Shown piece after piece: positions 16,801-28,190 of a stretch of DNA of 64,000 nt; within the stretch, counting starts at the first letter, position 1; each line of letters begins with the position of its first letter. The stretch is from the human T2T-CHM13v2.0 reference genome, Homo sapiens. Below the pieces are notes generated by a model. That model had not been told where the DNA came from. It made no database searches and worked only from the letters and a program-made list of their open reading frames with translations. The stretch is from the NCBI GenBank assembly GCA_009914755.4, contig CP068257.2:30848001-30912000 (forward strand), in the 5' to 3' direction. The position numbers and the translations under genes were made by a program.

Positions 16801-17095
16801 GACCGGGTGCGGTGGCTCACACCTGTAATCCCAGCACTTTGGGAGGCCGAAGCAGGCAAATCACTGGAGGTCAGGAGTTTGAGACCAGCCTTGCCAACAT
16901 GGTGAAACCCCATCTCTACTAAAAATACAAAAATTAGCTGGGCATAGTGGCATGCGCCTGTAGTCCCAGCTACTGGGGAGGCTGAGGCAGGAGAATTGCT
17001 TGAAGCAGGGAGGCAGAGGTTGCAGTGACTGAGATCGTGCCATTGCACTCCAGCCTGGGCGACAGAACAAGAATCAGTTTCAAAAAAAAAAAAAA
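16801..17095 (+). mobile_element. Alu, full length
   Basis: gaccgggtgcggtggctcacacctgtaatcc...caaaaaaaaaaaaaaa. Confidence 0.95.
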
Positions 17096-17326
17096 ATTCA
17101 AGATGGCGCCAGCAGAGCATTAAAACCAGCTCTGGGACTTCTAGGACAGGATCATGATGCTGGCTCTGCCCATCTTGGGTGCTTTAATGAGACAGAAAAT
17201 AAGCAGAGAAACTCTCCATTTGATTTGAATCCAGCTCAGCATATTTATTTACAGAGAATGCTGTAGGCTATGTGGTGGCCCTGTGTGGGATGCAACCTGA
17301 AGTTCTGGGTGTTTCCTGCCTTTCAG

Positions 17327-17470
17327 ATTGCTTGTCTTACTCAGCTTTGCAAGTCCTATCCCGAAGGTGCTATGGGAAGCAGAGATGCAAAATCATCGTC
17401 AACAATCACCATTTTGGAAGCCCCTGTTTGCCAGGCGTGAAAAAATACCTCACTGTGACCTACGCATGTG
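17327..17470 (+). CDS. EVA1C: Internal coding exon (144 bp, phase 1 in / 1 out): C-terminal half of a SUEL-type (rhamnose-binding) lectin domain, (D)CLSYSALQVLSRRCYGKQRCKIIVNNHHFGSPCLPGVKKYLTVTYAC(G)
   Basis: Acceptor cctgcctttcag|att and donor tgtg|gtaagaac read directly. Translation has the conserved C-x(8)-C ... PCPGxxKYLxVxYxC lectin signature. It joins in frame to the next exon (ACV|PKN...). Confidence 0.75.
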
Positions 17471-18259
17471 GTAAGAACACACCCCCGACCAGCTGCCTGA
17501 TGACACTGCCTCTTTTGGGGGAGGGTGGTGACCATGTGAACGGCAGGAGTTTGCCCAGAACAAGCCAAACACTGCTCCTCCTGAAGCTGTTTGGTCATCC
17601 CAGATACCCGAGAGCCCTTTTTTTCTTTCTTATTCTTGTTTATGATATTCATGTCAGATAAGCAATAGAATTTTCTTTGGTCAAAATTTGTGTAAAAGCA
17701 CCTTTAGCAATCAGATTGGCAGCCAATGGGGAGGGTGGAGAAGGAACAACCAAATAGGGGTAAACTGATGTCACTGAGACCAGTGATTTTCATCTGGGAA
17801 AATTTATTGGGATGTCATGCGAGTTCACAGTCGAATTATGTGTCTCCTATTTAACCTTCCAGTTCTGCTTTTAGGCCCTAAATGACTAACTCTCTGTACT
17901 GCCAACAGCTATTTTATCTACATGCCCACAGTGTTGAGTCAACAGATCAAATGCTTACCCTAAAACAATAAAAATTGTTACACGACAGCATTACTTTGTT
18001 TTCCTGATGTCTTTAAATGATAAAATGAAATGCCTTCTTCGTTTAGATTCTAATTTCATAAAGCCACGTAAAAGCAAATCAGCAGTTTATTATTTTCTGA
18101 GGATACTGTGGATTTCCAGTGTGTAATCCTAATGTGTTGACTGCCTTCTTTTTGTTGGAAATGAGCATAAAAGCAAATGGAAAGCAAAGAGCATTATAAT
18201 TGAAGAACCTGATACCTATTCTCTTGGAAATCGCTTTTTCCCCTGCCAAACATTCCTAG

Positions 18260-18640
18260 CCATTTTATGTCTGCAACAGCTTTTTTGAGATATAATCCAC
18301 AGAGCATACAATTCACCTGTTACAGCATACAAATCAGTGGTTTTTAGTATATGCACAGAATTGTGCTACCATCACCACAATCAGTTTAAGAACATTCGCA
18401 TCCCCCCAAAAGAAACCCTGTATCCCTTAGCAGTCAGCCCACCAAATCCACCCATTCATTACACCTGCCCCATCCCCAGGCAACCACCCATCTACTTTCT
18501 GTCTTTATGGATTTGCCTCTTCTAGACATTTCCTAGAAATGGAATCATACAATGTGTGGTGCTTTGTGTCTGGCTTCCTTACTTAGCATCTGTTTTCAAG
18601 GTTCGTACATGTTGTAGCATGTCTCAGTACTTTATTTCTT
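18260..18640 (-). mobile_element. L1 3' end fragment (old L1 family), antisense
   Basis: ...ccaggcaaccacccatctactttctgtctttatggatttgcctcttctagacatttcctagaaatggaatcatacaatgtgtggtgctttgtgtctggcttccttacttagcat... Confidence 0.6.
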
Positions 18641-18854
18641 TTTGTGGCATCATAATATTCCATTGCATCCTTAGAATTTTATATCCTGAACTAAAAATGT
18701 TGTTCTCTGCAATATCAATGCTGCAATAGATATGATGAAGTGACTACATAAATGTATTACCAAAATAATGGCACCCACTCTTACATCACAGGAGGGATGG
18801 CTTTACCTGCTCTGTCTTTATTCCTGCTGTCATGTCTAAGCAACTCTAAGTAGC

Positions 18855-19611
18855 ATGGGGCCCATTTTGGCTGAGGTTCCCCCAGAGGCCAAAAAGGTCA
18901 CTTTGAGTACATCCTTGGATAGCTCCTCTGGTAGAATGGAGGACGGTAGACTGGACACGGGTCACACTGAGGTTCCAGTAACTTCAGGCCTCTTCATCAG
19001 AGTGTTGAATAAGAAGCAGAACTTTAGCCTCCAAATAAGGTGTAGTTTTGGCCGGGGACCGGGAAAGCTGAGACACTGCTGGGCTGGGGCCGCCATAGCC
19101 CTGGGAACGGAGTATATTCTAGTGAAAGGAGACCAGGTGACTGGCATAGTGACAGCTAAATCTGGAGATATATTCAGAGTTGATGTTGGAGGGAGTGAGC
19201 CAGTTTCTTTGTCTTACTTGGCATTTGAAGGTGCAACTAAAAGAAACAGACCAAATGTGCAGGTTGGAGATCTCATCTATGGCCAATTTGTGGTTGCTAA
19301 TAAAGACATGGAACCAGAGATGGTCTGTATTGACAGCTATGGATGAGCCAATGGAAGGAATGTCATTGGACAGGATGGTCTGCTTTTTAAAGTGACTGGG
19401 CTTCATTAGAAAGCTGTTAGCTCCAGATCATGAAATCAAACAGGAAGTGGGAAAACTCTATCCACTGAAGATAGTATTTGGAATGAATGGAAGAGTATGG
19501 GTTAAGGGAAAAACCGTCCAGCAGACTTTAATTTTGGCAAATGTTTTAGAAGCTTGTGAACACATGACATTAGATCAAAGAAAACAAATCTCCAGATTGG
19601 CAGAAAGTTGA
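18855..19611 (+). pseudogene. Processed pseudogene of EXOSC3 (exosome component RRP40); intronless, disabled
   Basis: Continuous homology without introns: ...[69 protein letters not shown]. The in-frame TGA at 19344-19346 sits where the parent has CGA (Arg). After a 1-2 bp frameshift near 19395 the match resumes as [71 protein letters not shown] and ends in a stop at 19609-19611. The 5' part is more diverged, and untranslated sequence probably continues to about 19880. Confidence 0.8.
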
Positions 19612-19949
19612 TATAGGTGGACTTTTTTAATGGGTCCGTTGAGCCAAGAAACCATGGGTTTCCTGGGGAAAACTTTTTTCAGGTGAACTTCTCCCCATTT
19701 AGTTATTCAGAAGACAAGGTATGAAGGTACATATTATCTTATTGGAGTCCTAATTAAAATATTTTTATAAGTAAATTACTGATTTTCACCCATGCTCTTG
19801 TGGGAGAGAAAATCATTACAGAATCATGATGTATTTTTTTATTCTGTACAATAACATTTACTAAAACATTTTTTTTAAAGGTGCAGTTTCTAGTGTGCTT
19901 TCAAGGATGAGGCAAGAACAGTTCCTACAGCTGAGGCTCTTCTTAGCTA

Positions 19950-20314
19950 ATTGTATTAGTCCATTTTCACACTGCTGATAAAGACATACCCGAGACTAGG
20001 CAATTTACAAAAAAGGGGGTTTAATTGGACTTACAGTTCCACATGGCTAGGAGGTCTCACAGTCATGGCGGAAGGCAAGGAGGAACAAGTCCCATCTTAT
20101 GCGGATGGCGGCAGGCAAAAAGAGAGTTGTGCAGAGAAATTCTCATTTTTTAAACCATCAGATCTCGTGAGTCCCTTTCACTATCAAGACAACAGCCCGG
20201 GAAAGACCCGCCCCTAAGATTCAATCATCTCCCACAGGGTCCTCCCACCAGGTCCCTCCCACAACACGTGGGAATTATGAGATTTGGGTGGGGACACAGA
20301 GCCAAACCACATCA
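19950..20314 (-). mobile_element. THE1/MST-type MaLR solo LTR
   Basis: Reverse complement of THE1 consensus: ...ccatcagatctcgtgagtccctttcactatcaagacaacagcccgggaaagacc...gagatttgggtggggacacagagccaaaccacatca. Confidence 0.8.
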
Positions 20315-20464
20315 CTAATGCTGAGATGAAGGTGAGCTTTCAGGGCCTGGGGGTCACATGTCCCAGTTCAAGCTTTTCTTCCTTCTGTCACTCATTCAGC
20401 ACATTGCTCTTTGTGTCAGGAGCTGTGCTGGGTGCCAGGGATTTTGTAATAAACAAAGAGACAC

Positions 20465-20757
20465 GGCCAGGTGCGGTGGCTCACGCCTGTAATCCCAGCA
20501 CTTTGGGAGGCCGAGGCGGGCGCATCATCTGAGGTCAAGAGTTCGAGACCAGCCTGGAAAACATGGTGAAACCCCATCTCTACTAAAAATACAAAATTAT
20601 CTGGGCATGATGGCGCATGCCTGTAATCCCAGCTACTTGGGAGGCTGTGACAAGGAGAATCACTTGAACCTGGGAGGCGGAGTTGGCAGTGAGCTGAGAT
20701 CTCGTCACTGCTTGGGTGACAAGGGTGAAACTCTGTCTCAAAAAAAAAAAAAAAAAA
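20465..20757 (+). mobile_element. Alu, full length
   Basis: TSD agagaca(c/t)gg flanking. Confidence 0.95.
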
Positions 20758-22490
20758 GAGACATGGTCCTGTTTTCATGGGGTGAGCAGTTGAGGGAGAA
20801 AGGCAAGCATTAACCAAATAGCCAGACACATCATCATGACCTGTTGTGACAAATGCTATTTTAGAAAAGGGCAGAAGACTGTAACAGTGGAGGGGGCCTA
20901 ATTTAGCTTGGGGGTGGTGGTTTAATTCTTCCAAAGAGAACCATACTGTAGGGTGAACACTAGGGTATGCACACTAGCTGCACACTAGCTGCACACTAGG
21001 GGCCGAGACGCTGAGGTTGCTGAGTGGGAGAGGAAAGGTGTTGATGAGGAGGAAGATGGCCCTGGTTTAAACTGCTGAGAACAGGGTCCTGCACACAGTA
21101 GGAGCTCCATGAAGAGTGGTCCCTAGTGTTTTCACCAACATATCTGAAGTGGAGCAGGACGGTGATCAATCACACCCCAGTCCCCGACCTCATTCGGAAC
21201 TAGTTTGAATCAAGGAGATGCAAAAATCTGACAAGTGTGTTGACAACGGTGATTTTAAAGGTCCTAAAAGATTCTCCAGATATCAGAGCCATTTTCACAT
21301 AGTAGAAGGGCACATTCCCTGCAGTGGCCTGTGTCATACACAGCCAATTTAACCTTTTCACTGCCTGGTTATTCTGCAAAGTGCATCCTAGAATGCCCTT
21401 CCCCTCTGAGCTCCTCTACAAAATTCTGATTCTTTCTCAAACTGTAAAGCCTCTGGCATTTGCCAAGAGCCAAGGCCCTCCTGAAGCCATAGTTTGAGAA
21501 CAAGCCAAGAGGCAGACATGAGAAAGAAGTACCACTCCTGGCAGGGAGAGCTGACACTTCCTAGGATTCTGCATCCTTCTCAGGGCCCAGAAATGAATGC
21601 GAGGTAATTAAAGCAGAAAGCAATTTGCAGCAGCTGAGCTCAGCTCTCCGGAGCTGCCAGGGTCCCAGGATCAGTGGTGTGCCCCAAGGACAGCCAAGGG
21701 ACATTCCTCAAGGCCCTGGAAATCATCAGCCACATCCAGCAACTTCACCGGGCTTCCCTGGAAAGTCTCCCTTGCTGCTGATGGGCATGAAGGCGCCAGG
21801 GCCTCCTGTACGTGGAAAACTCACAATCTAGGAATGTCCGGTGGTTGTTGATCCTGGGACATCCCCAGAAGAATTTAGTTAAGCCCTCTGAGAGAGGAAA
21901 CAAGGTTTTCTTGCTGCTGAAGATGCCTCACTTGTTCTTTTATAAAAAAGCAGTGCAATTGAATTTGCAGTTTGTTTTGGCTTTCTTTCCATTTCCTGTT
22001 GCTACTTCTCTGAGATCTCAGCTGGGCTGAGGAACAAACAAAAATAAGCAATTTTATGCAGCAGGAATATTCGGTTTCCACTCCCTTCTCCCAGCCTGCG
22101 GCAGTGTGCTTGGCCTGCAGAATTCTTGCTCTGCCCTCTGTTTCAGCGGGTGCTGTCATCTGCCGGCTGCTTTGCCTGGGGATTCTGACATCCCAGGGCT
22201 TATTCTTAGGGTCAGTTCAGCAGAGTCTGAAACCACCTTCAGAGGAGTCGGTCACGCTGCCATCCTCTCTGCATCTTTCTGTAGTCCTTTCTGATAATAT
22301 TTAGCAAATCACTTTAGCACAGGGTCTTCGAATTCTTTCCAGATTTACGATGGAAACACAGAGGCAAAGAGCTTGGGGTAGAAAGCAGAAGAGTAGGTGC
22401 TGGGAGAGTTTGATGGTGGGTTTTGAGTTGGTCACAGTCATTTTGCTTTACTAAGTCCAGGGAAGCTCATCTTCAGAGTTAACCACCCTA

Positions 22491-22750
22491 TTTTTTTTTT
22501 TTTTTTTTTTTTTTTTGAGATAGAGTCTTTCTCTGTCACCCAGGCTGGAGTGCAGTGGCACAATCTCAGCTCACTGCAACCTCTGCCTCCTGGGTTCAAG
22601 TGAGCACATCCGGCTAATTTTTGTATCTTTTAGTAGAGATGGGGTTTCGCCATGTTGGCCAGCCTGATCTTGAACTCCTGACCTCAAGTGATCCACCTGC
22701 CTCAGCCTCCCAAAGTGCTAGAATTACAGGCATGAGCCATCATGCCCAGC
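22491..22750 (-). mobile_element. Alu with 36-nt poly(T) head and internal ~45-bp deletion
   Basis: 17-bp TSD agagttaaccac(c/t)ctat at 22474 and 22752. Confidence 0.9.
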
Positions 22751-22799
22751 CCAGAGTTAACCACTCTATTGAGGTGTTATTTTCCTTAAAATTCTATTA

Positions 22800-23500
22800 C
22801 ATGTGAATACAATGCAATGATTTTTAGTAAATTTAGAGTTGTGCAACCATCACTACCCTCCAGTTTTAAAACATTTTCACAATGCCCCGAAGCTCCCTTG
22901 TGCCCATTTGCCGTCACTGCCCCATTCCCACCCCCCCGGTCCCAGATAACCACGCATCAACTTTCTGTCTCTAGATTTGCCTTTTCTGAATATTTTGTAC
23001 AAATGGAATTATGCAATGGATGGTTTTGTGTGTGTGTGTGCGTGGTTGGCTTCTTTAACTGAATGTGATGTTTCAGAGGTTCATCCATGTTGTAGCATGT
23101 ATCATATCGGTACTTCACTTTTTTTTTTTGGAGATGAAGTCTCACTCTTTCACTCAGGCTGGAATGCAGTGGTGCGCTCTTCGCTCACTGCAACCTCTGC
23201 CTCCCGTGTTCAAGCAAATTCTCCCTGCTTTAGCCTCCCAAGTAGCTGGGATTACAGCTGTGTGCCACCATGCCCAGCTAACTTTGTATTTTCAGTACAG
23301 ACGGGGTTTCATCATGTTGGCCAGGCTGGTCTCGAACTCCTGACCTCAAGTAATCTGTCCACCTCGACCTCCCGAAGTGCTAGGATTACAGGTGTAAGCC
23401 ACCATGCTGGGCCTTCATTCCGTTTTATTATGAGGTGTATTCTGCTAGATGGATATATCATATCTTGTTTTTATTCTCCATTTTTTTTAATATTGCAAAA
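22800..23500 (-). mobile_element. L1 3' end fragment, antisense, interrupted by an Alu at 23119-23412; contains a short (GT)n at 23027
   Basis: ...caactttctgtctctagatttgccttttctgaatattttgtacaaatggaattatgcaatgg...ggttcatccatgttgtagcatgtatcatatcggtacttcac. Confidence 0.55.
23119..23412 (-). mobile_element. Alu
   Basis: Poly(T) head, ...ggattacaggtgtaagccaccatgctgggcc. Confidence 0.95.
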
Positions 23501-23716
23501 TGGGCCTAAAACCACCTCTCTGGAGCATTTGATGATCACATGGATACCATTGGGTTTGTGTGTATATGTGTGTATTTAACAGGAAGAGTGAGTGATTCTT
23601 GCACTGATTTGGAAAGTGATTTTAAAATCTTATCTACATTGCATTTAAAAATGTATTAAGAGTCCACATTTTAAAAATATACCACGAATTTAAAATATTT
23701 CTTTTTTGGCTTTTAG

Positions 23717-23797
23717 TTCCCAAGAACATACTCACAGCGATTGATCCAGCCATTGCTAATCTAAAACCTTCTTTGAAGCAGAAAGATGGTGAATATG
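23717..23797 (+). CDS. EVA1C: Internal coding exon (81 bp, phase 1/1): (V)PKNILTAIDPAIANLKPSLKQKDGEY(G)
   Basis: Acceptor ttggcttttag|ttccc and donor aatatg|gtaatttt; frame is continuous with the exons at 17327 and 26216. Confidence 0.75.
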
Positions 23798-24194
23798 GTA
23801 ATTTTTATGGCTTACTACCAGCATTTCTCTTTAAGTAAAGGTAAACAGCCCCTGGGTGACCACAGTTGGGCACACCTTGGTTAGAATGGAAGGGGCTGTC
23901 AGGAGGTGTGTTTGAGGTACCGGTCCTGGTGATAATAGCGCTTATTATCGGCCAATAGTTGCAAATGGTGAACACCATTTTATTTTGTTTTGACTTTTTT
24001 AAAATCAGAAGTAGGATAAACCTCCCCTTCATTCTCCTCTCACTTCCTAAAAGGAAAATCACTTTGAAAAGACATCTGCTCAGAAGTAAATTTGGGCTTC
24101 CTGGGTTACACAATGAGCTTTTTGCAAAGCTGAGCCCATTGGAACCTGCGTAGGCGCCAGGGCCAACTAGGACCTGAGGGCCTCTGTACCTCTG

Positions 24195-24288
24195 TACACA
24201 CCACCTTCCTCTTTAGTTTCCTTCCTCCCTTCCTTCCTTCCTCCCTCCCTTCCTTCCTCTCTCCCTCCCTCTCTCTCTCTCGCTCTTT

Positions 24289-24345
<57 letters not shown>

Positions 24346-24412
24346 TTTCTTTCTTTCTTCTGTCTTTCTTTCTCTCTTTCTTTCTTTCCTTACTTTTTCT
24401 TCTTTTTCTTTG
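24195..24412. repeat. Compound pyrimidine microsatellite (TCCC/TTCC)n(CT)n(TTTC)n, the expanded tail of the adjacent minus-strand Alu
   Basis: Lies between the Alu body and the left copy of the Alu TSD (cttcctctttagtttcc at 24178; cctccttagttttc at 24689). Confidence 0.9.
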
Positions 24413-24688
24413 GAGTTTCGCTCTTGTCGCCCAGGCTGGAGTGCAATGGCGCAATCTCCACTCACTGCAACCTCTGCCTCCGGGTTCAAGCGATTCTCCT
24501 GCCTCAGCCTCCCAAGTAGCAGGGATTACAGGCGTCCACCACCACACCTGGCTAATTTTTGTGTTTTTAGTAGAGACGGGGTTTCACCATGTTAGTCAGG
24601 CTGGTCTTGAACTCCTGACCTCAGGTGTTCTCCTCGTCTCGGCCTCCCAAAGTGCTGGGATTACAGGTGTGAACCACCGCACCCGGCC
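24413..24688 (-). mobile_element. Alu
   Basis: ggagtttcgctcttgtcgcccaggctggagtgcaatggcgc...gtgtgaaccaccgcacccggcc. Confidence 0.95.
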
Positions 24689-25099
24689 CCTCCTTAGTTT
24701 TCACTTGGCTTTTGTAAATGGGGTGGAGGGGTAGGGAGTTGAGGGGGTTGAGCATTTGGATTTTCTTATCAAATCTAGAATGGAATTCAAACCCATGGGG
24801 TCCCTAATAGAAACTGCAGAGACCCCGTAGAGCATCTAAGATGTTAGGCTGTGGTGAGAGTTTTGTCTTGTGTTACCTTTATTATATGTATTAGGTCTTT
24901 CCCCCCTAAGTATAAAAGTAAAGTATGTTTGATATGAAAACCATATGAAAGCACCCCTACTCCAAAAGCTCAAAGAAAACTATTGGTAATGTTCTTCTGT
25001 GTCCTTCTAGCTGGCCACCTTGGCTTTCTGGCAGGCTCTGTGTTCCTTAGCTCCTCTTCTCTTTCTTTTAACTAATTAATTAACTATTATTATTATGTT

Positions 25100-25218
25100 T
25101 GTAAAGACAGGGCTTTGCCATGTTGCCCTGGCTGGTCTCAAACTCCTGGGCTCAAGCGATCCACCCACCTCATCCTCCCAAGGTGCTGGGATTACAGGCG
25201 TAAGACACCGCACCCAGC
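25100..25218 (-). mobile_element. Alu left-monomer fragment
   Basis: gacagggctttgccatgttgccctggctggtctcaaactcctgggctcaagcgatccacccacctcatcctcccaaggtgctgggattacaggcgtaagacaccgcacccagc. Confidence 0.8.
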
Positions 25219-25554
25219 TTCCACTTATTTTTCTAACAGGGTTCCCACCCGATCCATAAACAGCCTGGTCCCCCTGCAGTGGGGGCCTGAGAGCCAACCC
25301 TGTGCCGTCTCTCCTCAAAGGCATCTGTCCTGTCTGACATGGCTAGGAGTCCCCCAAGCCATCAGGTTACCCCATCACAGACTTGCTAAGCTCCATCCAG
25401 CAGTGTAACCAGGATTTAAAAGCAGATTTGCCCCACATTTTGCTGTTGTTTCCAAAAAAAGTAGCCCAATACAACCTCCCTCTGTAATGGAGGCTTGTTT
25501 TATCTCTGGCCACACAGCAGACATCAAATCCATGCTTAAAGTGAAATATTATTG

Positions 25555-25865
25555 GCCGGGAGCAGTGGCTCACGCCTGTTATCCCAACACTTTGGGAGGC
25601 CGAGGCGGGCAGATCACCTGAGGTAAGGAGTTCGAGACCAACCTGGCCAACATGGTGAAGCCCCATCTCTAATAAAAATACAAAAATTTGCTGGGCATGG
25701 TGGCACGTGCCTGTAATCCCAGCTACTCAGGAGGCTGAGGCAGGAGAATTGCTTGAAACCAGGAGGTAGATGGTTGCAGTGAGCCAAGATTGTGCCATTG
25801 CACTCCAGCCTGGGCAACAAGAGTGAAACTCCATCTCAAAAATAAATAAATAAATAAAATAAAGC
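25555..25865 (+). mobile_element. Alu, full length, (AAATA)n-type tail
   Basis: TSD atattatt at 25547 and 25871. Confidence 0.95.
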
Positions 25866-26215
25866 GAGATATTATTAAGCCTCTGAGGGGTGTGATGAAT
25901 GTCACTGTCTTTAGGATGGGAAAATCCACTTATTCCCTTCCACAGTGGAGTGGAAGACCAGCACCTGAAGTTGGAACCAACACTTAAAACAATTTCTAAT
26001 CCTTTTTGTACTTTAATATTGTCGGGGACTGCTTACTATTTAATAAGTGCTCTTCCTGGGTTAATCTTCTGTAATTTAGCCAGAGGCCCATTTGTTTGAT
26101 TTCTGTGACTTTTAATTATTCCGGCGGTCCCTGGGGTAGGAGCAGCAGGGGTGTCTTAGAATAGGCGTACTATGAACAGCTGTGATTAATTGGTCTTGCA
26201 TTTTTCATGAAACAG

Positions 26216-26305
26216 GTATAAACTTCGACCCAAGCGGATCGAAGGTTCTGAGGAAAGATGGAATTCTTGTTAGCAACTCTCTGGCAGCCTTTGCTTACAT
26301 TAGAG
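26216..26305 (+). CDS. EVA1C: Internal coding exon (90 bp, phase 1/1): (G)INFDPSGSKVLRKDGILVSNSLAAFAYIR(A)
   Basis: Acceptor ttttcatgaaacag|gtataaac and donor attagag|gtaggtc; joins in frame to the terminal exon (IR|AHPERAALLF...). Confidence 0.75.
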
Positions 26306-27102
26306 GTAGGTCAATGAATCAAAGCTTCCTAGAATGCTGATGGATTTACTAAAGTCTTGTTAATAAATGTGCTGTTCAATTATAGCACTCAGATAACTAA
26401 AGGACGATGACTTCAAGTTTAACATGCCAACCACCACTTCTAAGATTCAGAAACACAGAGGCCTGAGTTCAGGCACAGTTGTAACCAGGCAGTCAGCAAG
26501 AGAACCACATAAACAGACAAAGTCACACTATTTAGGAGTTGAGCTCCACAGATATTTTTCGCTTTTGAAAAGTAGAAACCCGAGGAATGCATTTCCCAGC
26601 TCTAAAATTCGGGAAGGAACTAGGATTATTGAATTCCAGCCCTGACTGGAAGAAAAATGAGCCAGAAGGTCACTTAGTAAACAAGACAGATCATGCCCCA
26701 TGAAGACAGAGCCACTTTCTGGGTCATGAGTGTTATTCCTAATAGTTGTCAAGGATTCCCTTGTTAGTCTTCCCCATGAGGATCAATCAGACTCAGCCCT
26801 CATGAATTAGCAGAGCCAGAAGGCTTATACCAAGGCCGGCCACACCGCGGGGACCTCTTCATTGAGGGGAAGGTATGTACAATTTTTCCTCACCACCCTC
26901 TCTGCTTATCTTAAGATAGAACACATTTTGGAATGCCATCTGCAAGTTTCAGCAATGCCTGCCTATGTTCAGAGAGACAAAAACCAGAGACCTTCAGTAA
27001 AATACATGTTAATATAATACATAACAGTATTGCTATTCAAGGCCTGCAAAGATGGGCTATTTGGGGTAAGCCTGTCTCAGAGGAAAATAGAGGCTTAGGG
27101 AA

Positions 27103-27463
27103 TGTATTTGTCTGTTCTCATGCTATTAATAAAGACATACCTGAGGCTGGGTAATTTATAAAGGAAAGAGGTTTAATGGACTCACAGTTCCACATGGTTA
27201 GGGAGGCCTAACAATCTCGGTGGAAGGTGAATGAGGAGCAAAGTCACGTCTTACTTGGTAGCAGGCAAGAGAGCTTGTGCAGGGGAACTCCCCTTTATAA
27301 AACCATCAGATCTCGTGAGACTTATTCACTATCACCAGAACAGCATGGGAAAGACCCACCCCATGATTCAATTACCTCCCACCATGTCCCTCCCATGACA
27401 CATGTGGATTATGGGGGCTATAATTCAAGATGAGATTTGGGTGGGGACACAGCCAAACCATAT
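27103..27463 (-). mobile_element. THE1/MST-type MaLR solo LTR
   Basis: ...aaccatcagatctcgtgagacttattcactatcaccagaacagcatgggaaagacccacccc...gagatttgggtggggacacagccaaaccatat. Confidence 0.8.
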
Positions 27464-27861
27464 TGGGGAATGATCTCAATACATGAGATGCAAAGTTCAG
27501 TCTTGGGGTCCCCTGCTGTTCTATTGTCCTCCTGCATCAGGATTCCTCCTGTGTGTGTGTTGTGTGGTTGATGGTTTCTTCTGTGGGTCCTCTCTTTTCT
27601 AGCCACCTTCTCATTTTCATGTCTTGCTGTTCCTGATCATTGTCAATGTTAAGAACTGTAAGGATTTTTATTGTCAGAAATATCCCCATATTTACAAAGT
27701 CCTTGGGGAGCTTCTTGGAGAAAAGCCATCATGAAAATCCTCCAGACAGAGAATAACGATTGAAGGGGAACGAGACCGACATTGCGCTCAGTGAGCTGTG
27801 GCCTTGCTGTGTGCTTTACCCCAACTACCTTGTCCGTTCCTCTCAACAACTGCCTTAGCCA

Positions 27862-28190
27862 GCCCAGCTGCCATAACAAAGTACCCGAGACCAGATGGCC
27901 TAAATAACAGACATTGATTTTCTCACCGTTCTGGAGGCCAGAATTTCATGATCAAAGTATCCACCAATCACTTTCCGGTAAGGGCTCTCTTCCTGGGTTG
28001 TGGACAGCAACCTTCTTGCTTGTCCTCACATGGCAGAGAGGGGGAGAGACAGAGACAGAGACATCTCTTCTTTTTATAAAACCACCAATTCTATCAGATT
28101 AGGATTCCCCCCTTATGGCCTCCTTTAACCTTAATTAGCTCCTAATGAGTGAACTGGGGGCAACACAATTCAGTCCATAGCAACAACCCT
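27862..28190. mobile_element. Old interspersed repeat, family unassigned (starts ...gccataacaaagtacccgagaccag...ttctcaccgttctggaggccagaa)
   Basis: The ccataacaaagtacc / cacagttctggaggc motifs are characteristic of a common LTR/MER-class family; the family name could not be recalled with certainty. Confidence 0.3.

Noticed and set aside
17272-17661. 129-aa + strand ORF from the six-frame track
   Set aside because: Only 17327-17470 is exon (bounded by a polypyrimidine-AG acceptor and a GTAAGA donor). The remainder of the ORF is intronic read-through.
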